The notes: generated from the sequence alone by a model not told the origin. 64,000 bases of DNA from an uncultured Methanosarcinales archaeon (GCA_964637115.1 CAZWVL010000003.1:32001-96000); one strand, 5' to 3'. Counted from the first letter of the stretch, positions 1 to 9,335 are shown. A program made the numbers and translations.

Positions 1-281
1 GCGTGTCCCATCTCAAAGACTGCGCTCTTTCCTGCATATCCGTTAGGACTCACGACATAGAGAAAATCTGAATTTGCTATTGCTTCCAGATGTCGATCTT
101 CCAATTCTTTATTAGATGCTCCTTTAGGGTCCGATTCCAATAGGGCAAATTCTGCTCCTGGATTAATTATTCGTGACTTGCTTGGTGAAAGTACAACTAT
201 TCCGTTCCTTTCAAATATCTCGTAGGCAGAACATATTTCCTGATAGAATTTCTTGAAACTGCCTGATATGGTTGCTTTCAT
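1..281 (-). CDS. Nucleoside 2-deoxyribosyltransferase-like (NDT/Rcl fold) protein, truncated by window edge; not in ORF track
   Basis: Manual translation from ATG at 281: MKATISGSFKKFYQEICSAYEIFERNGIVVLSP...EDRHLEAIANSDFLYVVSPNGYAGKSAVFEMGH; the D-x-L-Y-V...G-x-S-x-x-x-E-x-G pattern fits the NDT-like fold. Confidence 0.6.
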   Translation of the reverse strand, partial: MKATISGSFKKFYQEICSAYEIFERNGIVVLSPSKSRIINPGAEFALLESDPKGASNKELEDRHLEAIANSDFLYVVSPNGYAGKSAVFEMGH

Positions 282-311
282 GTCATCCCTAACTAATAAT
301 GATCCTTTGCT

Positions 312-542
312 TTATTTATTCAACTCATAGAGTCCGAGTACGCCCATTGTGTAACAGCTGCACTTTACCGCCTCAAGCGCAGCACAAGCAATAAAAGCAT
401 TCCTCTTTTCTGCGGGAGTGTAATTTTTACTATTAAAGTCTTTGCGCATCTGAACAAAAGACCAAAAGGGAATCAAATCTTTCAAAGTTGTCTTGTAAGG
501 AGATTCCTGTGCGCGTTGTTCAAGAGGTTTTTCTTCTGGCAT
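312..542 (-). CDS. Hypothetical small protein (76 aa), possibly membrane-associated
   Basis: ORF track; GGTGA ribosome-binding site upstream; tightly packed with neighbours. Confidence 0.6.
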   Translation of the reverse strand: MPEEKPLEQRAQESPYKTTLKDLIPFWSFVQMRKDFNSKNYTPAEKRNAFIACAALEAVKCSCYTMGVLGLYELNK

Positions 543-545
543 AAC

Positions 546-968
546 TCACCTATGACGCGTTTTGTCTGATGGACTTGATTTATAAAGAAGGTGAATTTTT
601 TCCAGACGGTAAAGTGGTCCTTGAATAGATGTAAGGTCAGGTTTCGGGAGATCTTTTAATTCGCGTTTTGAACTTTCATCACGCACATAAACTGCTCTGT
701 GATCGGGAAGCAGTCCGCCAAAAGTATCAACAGCTTGAGATCTTACCAAAACTTCTTTATTGCCTTGAAGAACATATTCTATGCCTAACCTCTTATTCTC
801 AAATTTATCAGCCTGCACTTTTTTAAACGCTTTTGATTCTTCAGGAGTCAAAGGCCCGCAAGGTATATCGCGAGAGTCTTTGTTAATCAAAAATCTCCAA
901 CCTTGAGATGTGAGTCGCCATTCATCAATCATTTTGCCAATGTTGACAGGGTCAGAGTATTCTTTCAT
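546..968 (-). CDS. Hypothetical protein
   Basis: ORF track 546..977; start moved to ATG 968, which follows a GGTGA SD. Confidence 0.6.
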   Translation of the reverse strand: MKEYSDPVNIGKMIDEWRLTSQGWRFLINKDSRDIPCGPLTPEESKAFKKVQADKFENKRLGIEYVLQGNKEVLVRSQAVDTFGGLLPDHRAVYVRDESSKRELKDLPKPDLTSIQGPLYRLEKIHLLYKSSPSDKTRHR

Positions 969-977
969 TTTAATCAC

Positions 978-3314
978 CTAGTAATAGTCTTTAGATTTAA
1001 AGTCTTCTACAGGCTTGTCGTCTTCAAACTGCTCTGCCATAGGGTCTTTAGGTTTCTTGAAGTAGCCATAGCCCATAACGCCAAGAACTGTCAAAGCGAT
1101 CAGGTTAGCAAGTACAAGAATTGCAGTCAAGATTGCGCCAGTAGACCAGCCGCTTGAAGTTGTTGGTTCAGTTGCTGGAGTAATTATAATTTCATTCTGT
1201 GGAGGCTGCTGAACAACAGGTTGAGGTTCTGGTGCAGCTTCGGTGCATTTGGTTATCACAATATCGGCTGATTTTGACTGTGATGGAACAACATTGTCAT
1301 AGAATGACTTTGCAGTTCCCCTGAAACTGCCAATGGCTGAGTTTTCTTTAACAGGAACACTGAAAGTAACTTTCGCCTCTTCGTTCTGGTCAATTGACAA
1401 TTCATCAAATTTCTTGACAAAATTCAATCCGGGAACAGAAAGTTCAACAGCAACACTTTCCTCATCTTCGCGGCCAGTGTTTTCAACATAAACAGTAACG
1501 TCAACACGAGTATCTTGGCAGTTGTCAACCTTTACAGGGTTAACGGTAATCTTGGTAATTGGCAGGTCGTGCTTCAAACGCTCAATGTCGAGCTTGAAAG
1601 AGAACGTATCGCTATGAGACTTGCCATTTACGTCCTTGCCTTCTGTAGTAATAGTAATATCGACTTTTCCATCTTCTGCTTCTTCATCAATCTTTAATTC
1701 CAAAGTCTTTTCTTCCTCATCGCCGGAATCAAGACTTGAAATGTCGGCAGAATCGCCATCAACATCAGAGCTGTCTGTTTCAACTTCAATATCAATATCT
1801 TCCAAATCATTGTCGCCAACGTTCTCAACCTTGACAGTCAAGTAACACGTTTGGTCAGGACCAATGTTGTCAATGGTCTCGCCATCAGTAACAGTTTCCA
1901 AGGTTGTGCAAGTAAGCTTGACTTTCTCAATTACTAATGCATTCGCAACACCCTTTGCTTCCATGGTAACGGATGCAGATGCAGTTACAGTTGAAGGTGT
2001 GTTAGTTGTAGGCGTGCTGTTGTTTGATGGTGTGTTGTTGTTTGTTGGCGTACTGTTTGTCAAAACAGTCAAGTTTTTCGGACTGCCGTTCAACAGAGGA
2101 TTGTCGCCACTTGGAGAGTTAATCGCTAAAATATTGAACGTGTGATTCCTTGAAGTGTTCAAACTTGCAAGATCTGCAGCAGTGAAAGTATAACTAAATC
2201 CGTGGTTGCCTGAAACGTTCAAGCCAGTTTTAGGCTGGTTTGCTTCAAGCTGCTTCCAGAAAGTTCCATCAACCCAGACATGCACGCTAATTGAAGGTGC
2301 ATTGGCGTCGAAAGCCCAGCCGGACAAAGAAGTCCAGCTAAGGGATTCGAACGTTCCTATCGGGAGGGAATTTGTAGGAGTATGATCAATAGGCAAGTAG
2401 ACAACATACATAGAACCGCTATCTATAGCAGCACCTGTGTAAGAGAATGCTTCTGGAACGCCATCACAAGAGTGAGGACCAGTGCTTACTTTGCCCAAAA
2501 TAACGCCGCCAGTTGGAACTGTTTGAATTCCACCGCCACAAGCGTCTTCTGCAATGACAAGAATTAACTTGCCGTCTGCATTTGGATTGGTAAAGAAGCC
2601 CATCCATCCAGAGTCTGCTGAAGGAAGCTCAAGCAAATTGTCACATAAGCCAGGGCCTGTGTGTATCTTTCCACCATTTAACCAGTTGTTTGGAGGATTC
2701 TGAGACTGTTCGCCACAATCAGCTGCAACAGTGCTCACCCAGTAATCGTTTAACTTGTCAGAGTGCAATCTTGCCCAGCCAGCATCAACTGCGCCTTGCA
2801 AAGGTTGGTTAACCTGAATGTCGGTTTTCCAATCACAAGAGCCAGTGTGCCACTGACCAATAATTGAGCTGTTCAAAGCGGGAGTGTTTTCGCCGCAATC
2901 ATTCGCAGCGCTCATTCCAACAGGAATGACTACCAACTGAGGTGTCTGGTTTTGAGGAGGTGTTTGTGCAGCTGGAGTGCTTGCAGTAACAGTAACAGAG
3001 CCAATCTGCTTTTTGCCAGCAAAATCCTTAGGAACAAAGCCTTTGATGGTAACTATTGCAGAATTTCCTGGTGCAATAGAGGTTGGCTTGTTTTCAAAAG
3101 TAATCTTGTACTGTGAATCAGCATTTGAAGTTATAATAAAGTTTGACAAAACAACGTTATCGTTGTTTGTAATTGTAAAAGTTGCAGTAACGTTAGATTC
3201 TGGGTTTGCAACAGAACTGCCCAAAGCAGGGCTTGAAACCTGCAAAGCAGTAACAGTGCTAAGACAGAATGCAAATATCGTCCAAAGTATGAGTAATTTC
3301 CTCATTGTAGTCAC
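978..3314 (-). CDS. Secreted, C-terminally anchored surface protein with Ig-like/CARDB-like domains
   Basis: Signal peptide (MRKLLILWTIFAFCLSTVTALQ, likely ATG 3305); VKVENVGDNDLEDI and VYVENTGREDE CARDB-like strands; Thr/Asn/Pro linkers; C-terminal TM helix. Confidence 0.75.
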   Translation of the reverse strand: MTTMRKLLILWTIFAFCLSTVTALQVSSPALGSSVANPESNVTATFTITNNDNVVLSNFIITSNADSQYKITFENKPTSIAPGNSAIVTIKGFVPKDFAGKKQIGSVTVTASTPAAQTPPQNQTPQLVVIPVGMSAANDCGENTPALNSSIIGQWHTGSCDWKTDIQVNQPLQGAVDAGWARLHSDKLNDYWVSTVAADCGEQSQNPPNNWLNGGKIHTGPGLCDNLLELPSADSGWMGFFTNPNADGKLILVIAEDACGGGIQTVPTGGVILGKVSTGPHSCDGVPEAFSYTGAAIDSGSMYVVYLPIDHTPTNSLPIGTFESLSWTSLSGWAFDANAPSISVHVWVDGTFWKQLEANQPKTGLNVSGNHGFSYTFTAADLASLNTSRNHTFNILAINSPSGDNPLLNGSPKNLTVLTNSTPTNNNTPSNNSTPTTNTPSTVTASASVTMEAKGVANALVIEKVKLTCTTLETVTDGETIDNIGPDQTCYLTVKVENVGDNDLEDIDIEVETDSSDVDGDSADISSLDSGDEEEKTLELKIDEEAEDGKVDITITTEGKDVNGKSHSDTFSFKLDIERLKHDLPITKITVNPVKVDNCQDTRVDVTVYVENTGREDEESVAVELSVPGLNFVKKFDELSIDQNEEAKVTFSVPVKENSAIGSFRGTAKSFYDNVVPSQSKSADIVITKCTEAAPEPQPVVQQPPQNEIIITPATEPTTSSGWSTGAILTAILVLANLIALTVLGVMGYGYFKKPKDPMAEQFEDDKPVEDFKSKDYY

Positions 3315-3330
3315 CTTTCAGTGATTATAA
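3305..3330. promoter_or_regulatory. Palindromic operator copy A (TTGTAGTCAC-N6-GTGATTATAA) overlapping start/SD of the 778-aa gene
   Basis: Inverted repeat read directly; near-identical to copies at 3357 and 29910. Confidence 0.6.
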
Positions 3331-3339
3331 TGGAGGAGA

Positions 3340-3382
3340 TATATAAATGTTTCGCTTTGTAGTCACTATTAGGTGGCTACAA
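3340..3382 (-). promoter_or_regulatory. TATA box (TTTATATA) plus palindromic operator copy B (3357-3382) 9 nt upstream
   Basis: TTGTAGTCAC-tattag-GTGGCTACAA, then a 9-nt purine-rich BRE-like spacer, then TTTATATA on the minus strand. Confidence 0.65.
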
Positions 3383-3453
3383 ATTTGAGAGTGAGGTTAA
3401 TTATTTTCCATATTGCAGTAAAATTGATATAGAACAATGCGCTACAATACTAT

Positions 3454-3579
3454 ATGGTACACCTCGGCGACCCTGCAACAAAGCTCAGATGCCCAAAATG
3501 CAAATCAGTGCACATTGACACTGCTGAAGAGAACACGGTACTAATATGCCTGGAATGCGGGTATGAGGGGAAAATATAA
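3454..3579 (+). CDS. Small zinc-ribbon protein (41 aa); not in ORF track
   Basis: Manual translation MVHLGDPATKLRCPKCKSVHIDTAEENTVLICLECGYEGKI: CPKC...CLECG motif. Confidence 0.6.
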   Translation: MVHLGDPATKLRCPKCKSVHIDTAEENTVLICLECGYEGKI

Positions 3580-3604
3580 AAGTATGACTCTTTCGCTCTT
3601 CTTT

Positions 3605-4711
3605 ATGTCTGAAAAGTTCTATTATATTGTCGCATTCGCACTGCTTCTGGCAGCCTGCAGCACGCCTCCCAGCACACCTGAAAAAAGCACCATGGCTATA
3701 GGATTTATCGGCCCGCTTACCGGCGACGCAGCTGTTTTCGGAATTGCAGAGAGAAACATCATTGAATTAGCAGTTGAAGAAATTAATTCAGCAGGCGGAA
3801 TCAACGGCACCCTTCTTAACGTAATTTATGAGGACGGAAAATGCACTGAAAAGGATGCCGTCACAGCCGCGCATAAGCTAATTGAAATAGACAACGTGCC
3901 GATTATTCTTGCATTCTGTTCAGCTGAAACCATACCTATCATTCCGCTTACAGAACCAAAAGGTATCATCGTATTTACTTCCTCTACAAATCCAGCAGTG
4001 TCAGAAATGGGCGAGAGTGTTTTCAGAAACTCATATTCCGACACGGATACGGCGCGCGCCGCTGCTGAAACAATCTACAGAAATTCTTCCAGCGTTGGTA
4101 TAATCTATGAACTCACCACATACCCCGTTGGACTCAAGGATGCTTTCACCAAAGAGTTCACTGCACTTGGCGGAACGGCATATGCAGAAGGATTCCCTCA
4201 GAATGACCACGATGTCAGAACACAGCTTACCAAACTTCTGGCAAAGAAACCAACGGCCATTTTTGTTGATCCAGACACACCCGCAACTGGAATTGCAGTA
4301 TTAGAACAGCTTTCTGACTTGCAATTCAATGGCACTATTTATGGGAATTATTTTGGAACAAGCAGCGATGTCATTCCACATCCTGAAGCAGAAGGACTTA
4401 TTTTCTTCGCAGACCCTGAGTTGCAAAATGACTCCAAAAAAAGTGAAGTCTTTGAGAAATACAAACAGCGCTATGGCACTGAGCCGCAATTCGAATACTA
4501 TGCAGCCACCATGTATGATTCGGTCTACATACTGAAAAAAGCCATAGAACACGCCGGCGAAAACGCCAGCAATGTTCGTGATTATCTATATGGCATGGAT
4601 AATTTTACTGGTCTATTAGGAACATATCATTTTGACAAAAACGGCGATGCAATCGGCATCCGTCCTGCGGTCAAACAGATAAGGAATAAACAGCTTATTC
4701 CCTACGGATAA
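3605..4711 (+). CDS. Branched-chain amino acid ABC-type substrate-binding lipoprotein (LivK/LivJ-like)
   Basis: Lipobox LLAAC; IGFIGPLTGDAAVFG, EINSAGGING, YEDGKC, YDSVY..KAIE, G.YHFDKNGD motifs; start moved from 3563 to 3605. Confidence 0.88.
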   Translation: MSEKFYYIVAFALLLAACSTPPSTPEKSTMAIGFIGPLTGDAAVFGIAERNIIELAVEEINSAGGINGTLLNVIYEDGKCTEKDAVTAAHKLIEIDNVPIILAFCSAETIPIIPLTEPKGIIVFTSSTNPAVSEMGESVFRNSYSDTDTARAAAETIYRNSSSVGIIYELTTYPVGLKDAFTKEFTALGGTAYAEGFPQNDHDVRTQLTKLLAKKPTAIFVDPDTPATGIAVLEQLSDLQFNGTIYGNYFGTSSDVIPHPEAEGLIFFADPELQNDSKKSEVFEKYKQRYGTEPQFEYYAATMYDSVYILKKAIEHAGENASNVRDYLYGMDNFTGLLGTYHFDKNGDAIGIRPAVKQIRNKQLIPYG

Positions 4712-4743
4712 GCTTTATATACGGTCCTTAATCGCTTTCTCCT

Positions 4744-6717
4744 ATGCCAAAAGAGACTTACTATATCACCACGCCGATATATTATCCAAATGCACCGCCG
4801 CATATCGGGACAGCATATACTGATATAATTGTAGATTTGTATGCAAGATGGCATTTTTTGCTTGGAGAAGATACTTTCTTTCTAACAGGAACAGATGAAC
4901 ACGGGCAAAAAATAGAGAAAACAGCAAAAGAAGCAGGCAAAACACCAAAACAATTTGTAGACGAAATGTCTGCCCACTTTGAAGAATTGTGCAAAAAATT
5001 GAACACATCCTATAATGAATTCATTAGAACAACTGACAAGAAACACGTCAAGACTGCAACGGAAATCTGGAATAAAGTATACGATAAAGGGCTGATCTAT
5101 AAGGGGTTATATTCAGGCCTGTACTGCACGGGCTGTGAGGCGTTCTACACTGAAAGAGATTTGGAAGGAGGGTTATGCCCCATACATCAAAAACCAGTTG
5201 AAACCCTGAGCGAGGAAAGCTATTTTTTCAAATTATCAGAATTTCAGCAACGCATAATTACCCATATTCAACAGCATCCTGATTTCATCCAGCCAGAATC
5301 ACGCAGAAACGAGATTCTAAACAGATTAAAAGAGCCGCTCAAAGATTTGAGCGTAAGCAGAACGTCATTCAAATGGGGAATACCAGTTCCACAAGACAAA
5401 AGCCACGTGATTTACGTATGGTTTGATGCGCTGATAAATTATCTCAGCGGAGTTTCATATCCCACGACAAAGTTCCAGAAGTACTGGCCGGCAAAATGCC
5501 ATGTCGTAGGGCGCGACATAACTTGGTTTCATTCCGTAATCTGGCCGGCCATATTATTTGCCGCAGATATACCGCCCCCCAAGACCATATTCAGCCACGG
5601 ATTTTTGACTGTCAACGGCCAAAAAATGTCAAAATCACTCGGTAACGTCATTGACCCGATACATGTTGTGGATACTTATGGAGCAGATCCATTACGCTAT
5701 GTACTGCTCAGAGACGTTCCTGCAGGCGAAGACGGCGACTTTTCAGAAGAAGCGCTTATACAACGGAACAACGGAGACCTCGCAGACGCTCTAGGCAATC
5801 TTTTGCAAAGAACATCAGTTTTAGTGCACAAAAACTTCCACGGCAACATTCCAGTGTGCGGGCAAGTGACCGACAAAGAAAAAGAACTTGAAACAGCAAT
5901 ACCTGATGTTGCAAAGCTGAATGAATTTCTGCAAAATTACAAATGGAATCACGCCGTTGAACAAATATGGAATTATGTCGGCAAGTGTAACAAATACGTT
6001 AACGACACAGAGCCCTGGAAACAAACAAACGATGCAAACAGGCTAGCCACAATATTGTACACGCTTGTTGAACACCTTCGCATAATTTCAATTCTTGTCT
6101 GGCCAATCATTCCTTCAAGCGCAGAAAAAATAGCTGTACAATTAGGACAAGAAATTGGCAAACTAAAAGACGCCAAATTCACGAAAAAGACAAAAGGAAT
6201 GCTCGCACAGCCGGAAATATTGTTCAAAAAATTAGAAAAGAAAGTAGAAGATCCTTTTTCAATATTGAACTTACGCGTGGCGCACATTGCAGAAGTTGTT
6301 CCACATCCAAATGCAGACAAATTATATGTTTTACAGCTGGATGTCGGAACTGACGAAAAAAGACAATTAGTTGCGGGAATGCGACCGTACTACACGCCAG
6401 AACAACTTAAAGGCAAACATATTGTTTTCATCTCAAATCTCAAGCCGGCAAACATCAGAGGAATGGAAAGCAATGGAATGATGCTGGCAGCAGAAAAAGA
6501 TGGGATAGTGAAGGTTCTTGAAGCGCCAGAAGCACACGCAGGAGACCAAGTCTTTGTAGAAGGAATAACACCAAAAACAGAACAAATCACCATTGAGGAC
6601 TTTCAGAAAATCAACTTGACAACTAAAAACAAAAATGCAGTATATAATAACAAACCTCTCAAAACGCACAAAGGCCCAGTTGTTGTAGACCAGCCGGACG
6701 GCGCCAAAATAAAATGA
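4744..6717 (+). CDS. metG: Methionyl-tRNA synthetase with C-terminal tRNA-binding OB domain
   Basis: YYPNAPPHIG, LTGTDEHGQK, YVWFDALINY, KMSKS; C-terminal HPNADKLY...QLVAG. Confidence 0.97.
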   Translation: MPKETYYITTPIYYPNAPPHIGTAYTDIIVDLYARWHFLLGEDTFFLTGTDEHGQKIEKTAKEAGKTPKQFVDEMSAHFEELCKKLNTSYNEFIRTTDKKHVKTATEIWNKVYDKGLIYKGLYSGLYCTGCEAFYTERDLEGGLCPIHQKPVETLSEESYFFKLSEFQQRIITHIQQHPDFIQPESRRNEILNRLKEPLKDLSVSRTSFKWGIPVPQDKSHVIYVWFDALINYLSGVSYPTTKFQKYWPAKCHVVGRDITWFHSVIWPAILFAADIPPPKTIFSHGFLTVNGQKMSKSLGNVIDPIHVVDTYGADPLRYVLLRDVPAGEDGDFSEEALIQRNNGDLADALGNLLQRTSVLVHKNFHGNIPVCGQVTDKEKELETAIPDVAKLNEFLQNYKWNHAVEQIWNYVGKCNKYVNDTEPWKQTNDANRLATILYTLVEHLRIISILVWPIIPSSAEKIAVQLGQEIGKLKDAKFTKKTKGMLAQPEILFKKLEKKVEDPFSILNLRVAHIAEVVPHPNADKLYVLQLDVGTDEKRQLVAGMRPYYTPEQLKGKHIVFISNLKPANIRGMESNGMMLAAEKDGIVKVLEAPEAHAGDQVFVEGITPKTEQITIEDFQKINLTTKNKNAVYNNKPLKTHKGPVVVDQPDGAKIK

Positions 6718-7250
6718 AGCTTGTAATAGGAATCATTCTCTTTCCATTCATGTGCATCTTGCTCAGCTTCTTTGTTCTAATTTCCGATACTTCTTTCACC
6801 TACCTATTATTAGACAATCCAGAAGCTGTTCAACCAACAAAACAGTTAACGCAGTATTTCTTTGGAAAAGTAGAAGTTCCGACAGTATTTTCATCAGATG
6901 AAAGAATGCATCTTGCAGATGTCAAACGACTAATATCATATGCGTATTACGTTCTCGAAATTCTTATTATAATTCTAGCGTATTGTATGCTTGAAAATTG
7001 GAGAAAAATCATTAAATGGGGAACAGGATTGCTCATTTTGCTGTTTTTAATGGCATTTTTAACGCCATTTGACAATTTTTTCACTTATTTCCATGAAATA
7101 TTCTTCCCACAAGGCAACTGGATGTTTGCGGCAGACAGCACAATGATAATGTTCTACCCGACGGCATTCTTCATGAATTATAGCATTGCAATTGCGATAC
7201 ACGCGTTAATTGTTGCAGGAATTTTCATAATCGTCTCAAGAAGGGGATGA
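6714..7250 (+). CDS. DUF1461/TIGR01906 membrane protein (Lit, lipoprotein intramolecular transacylase family)
   Basis: 4 TM segments; ERMHLADVK and FFTYFHEIFFPQGNWMF match the two conserved His motifs; ATGA overlap with metG. Confidence 0.72.
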   Translation: MKLVIGIILFPFMCILLSFFVLISDTSFTYLLLDNPEAVQPTKQLTQYFFGKVEVPTVFSSDERMHLADVKRLISYAYYVLEILIIILAYCMLENWRKIIKWGTGLLILLFLMAFLTPFDNFFTYFHEIFFPQGNWMFAADSTMIMFYPTAFFMNYSIAIAIHALIVAGIFIIVSRRG

Positions 7251-7362
7251 AACGACTTCTGCACCCAAGACTATATTTTTGACTACGTAAAAATTTAAAT
7301 ATGGTTTGAGTATCCGGGAATAGTAACAAACAGTATCCTACTAAAAACGGGGGTAGAAACCT

Positions 7363-8568
7363 ATGAACAAAATAGCAATCGTCGCACTTCTCGTAATCGT
7401 GCTTATTGGATGTGCTCCAGTAATGCCGGCGCGCAACCAAACGATGAACAAAACAGTTGAAAAACCAGTCGTGGAAAACAAAACAGTAGAAACAAACGTA
7501 ACTGTGCCTACAATTTCCACGAACGAAACAAAAATGGAAGAAAAGAAGCCGGTAGACACCAGAGACTTGCCGCGAAAGGAAGTAACTGAAGGCGACCTTG
7601 TCAGTTTCCCCAACCTCCGAGCAGTAGACCCAGATGGAGACCCTATCAAGTACACGTTCAGCGAGCCATTAGATGAAAAAGGAAAATGGCAGACAAAAGA
7701 AGGCGATGCAGGAGAAAAAGTAGTAACGATAACTGCATCAGATGGATCGAACACAGTATCTCAACAAGTATTGATTGTTATCAAGTCAAAGAACAGAGCA
7801 CCAGTAATAGAACTTGAACAACCAGTACAAGCAAAAGAAGGAGAAACACTTGTCCTCGAGCCAGCAATCACAGATCCAGAAGGCGACGAAGTAACGGTCG
7901 AGTATGCAGGCTGGATGAACAGCAGCACAAGAGAAGTAAGCCTTGATGATGCCGGAAACAAGAAAGTCATCATAACAGCAACAGACAGTAAAGGTGCAAG
8001 GACAGCTCTTGAAGTGATAATTGCAGTAGCAAAAACCAACCGTGCCCCAGAACTGGCAGACATTCCATCACAAACAATCAAGGAAGGCCAGAAAGTGGCT
8101 GTCAAGCCAAGCGCAAGAGATCCAGACGGCGACAGCATAACATACACCTTTGACTTCCCGCTAGACGAAAAAGGACAATGGGAATCAAAGATTGGAGATG
8201 CAGGAGACTATGAAGTCAAGGTAACTGCATCAGATGGAGAATCAAGCACAGAAAAAACTTTTGTGCTTACGGTACAAGCTGTAAACAAAGCGCCAGTCAT
8301 AGAGCTGGAAAGCCCAATTGAAGTCAACGAAGGCGAGATTATAACGCTTGAGCCGACAATCACTGACTCAGAAGGCGACGAAGTTCGCGTAACGTATTCA
8401 GGCTGGATGAACGCAAACACGAAAACAACCAGCTATGAAGACGAAGGCGAGCACATGGTAACTATAGTTGCACGTGACACGGCAGGCAATGAAGCCAAGC
8501 TTGAAGTCACTGTAAAGGTAGCAGACCAGAACAGACCGCCAATCTTTGGAGCAGGAAGCTTCAATTAA
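7363..8568 (+). CDS. Lipoprotein with tandem Ig/cadherin-like repeats
   Basis: Lipobox VLIGC; repeated NRAP/NKAP/NRPP linkers and DPDGD/DPEGD/DSEGD motifs. Confidence 0.8.
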   Translation: MNKIAIVALLVIVLIGCAPVMPARNQTMNKTVEKPVVENKTVETNVTVPTISTNETKMEEKKPVDTRDLPRKEVTEGDLVSFPNLRAVDPDGDPIKYTFSEPLDEKGKWQTKEGDAGEKVVTITASDGSNTVSQQVLIVIKSKNRAPVIELEQPVQAKEGETLVLEPAITDPEGDEVTVEYAGWMNSSTREVSLDDAGNKKVIITATDSKGARTALEVIIAVAKTNRAPELADIPSQTIKEGQKVAVKPSARDPDGDSITYTFDFPLDEKGQWESKIGDAGDYEVKVTASDGESSTEKTFVLTVQAVNKAPVIELESPIEVNEGEIITLEPTITDSEGDEVRVTYSGWMNANTKTTSYEDEGEHMVTIVARDTAGNEAKLEVTVKVADQNRPPIFGAGSFN

Positions 8569-8572
8569 TCCG

Positions 8573-8620
8573 CGAAAATGCCGTGCATTTTCGGGACCAT
8601 CGGAAATTTTCAATTTCCGA
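8573..8620. repeat. REP-like double-hairpin element, copy 1 (followed by T-tract; may act as terminator)
   Basis: CGAAAATGC-cgt-GCATTTTCG, GGACCA linker, TCGGAAATT-ttc-AATTTCCGA. Confidence 0.65.
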
Positions 8621-8702
8621 GGTTTTTTTATTTTATTTATTTGAATTCTTGGAAGAGAGATTATTGAATAAGATTTAAAAAAGGCAGACAAGAAGCAATA
8701 GC

Positions 8703-9239
8703 ATGTTCAATTTTGTACCTGGCGACCTGGAAGCAACACGCAAATTTCTTGCAGCACAACCTTCGAAGAATAATTCTTTCATATTGTTGAACGGTGAATA
8801 CCTTCTTACTCCCGAAGACAGAAAATTCTTCACGTGTGGAATCCATTATGTTTCTGCCATGGCGTGTCTTAGCAAAGACCGTAATTATGGTTTCTCATTC
8901 GGCATGTTTAGTCTACCTGAAAATGAAGAATTTCGAGGACTTGAAGAAGTTGTGCGCGGAGTAGACGTGCCTGCCGGATATGAATTGGTGCGTGTGGACA
9001 CGTCCAAAGACAGACCTGATAAAAGCACAGCAATAGTAGCCCATTACGGTCCCAAAAAACCAGTCAGCATTGATAATGTGCTAGCATTCGAATTTCATAT
9101 GCAATCCTTCTGCAATTACGCAGCTCAAGTACTGGAAGCAGCAATAAATTCCAGGGTTGAATGGCGTGTGCCAAGAAAAGACTTCTATTTCCTTGTCGGA
9201 AAACTTTCAATCTGGAATCCTGACAGCAAGGAGAAGTAA
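8703..9239 (+). CDS. Hypothetical protein
   Basis: ORF track; no recognisable motif. Confidence 0.6.
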   Translation: MFNFVPGDLEATRKFLAAQPSKNNSFILLNGEYLLTPEDRKFFTCGIHYVSAMACLSKDRNYGFSFGMFSLPENEEFRGLEEVVRGVDVPAGYELVRVDTSKDRPDKSTAIVAHYGPKKPVSIDNVLAFEFHMQSFCNYAAQVLEAAINSRVEWRVPRKDFYFLVGKLSIWNPDSKEK

Positions 9240-9270
9240 ACGCTAGTATGCAATGTCTCAAGTCTTAATA

Positions 9271-9313
9271 TTGTTACTACTGCTAAGTAATTAAAAATAG
9301 AAAGTTTTATAAA
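9271..9313 (+). promoter_or_regulatory. Degenerate palindromic operator (9271-9296) 9 nt upstream of TATA (TTTATAAA, 9306-9313)
   Basis: TTGTTACTAC-tgctaa-GTAATTAAAA; same spacer sequence and spacing as the 29910 copy. Confidence 0.45.
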
Positions 9314-9335
9314 GCTGGATGCTTGTTTATCGTAT

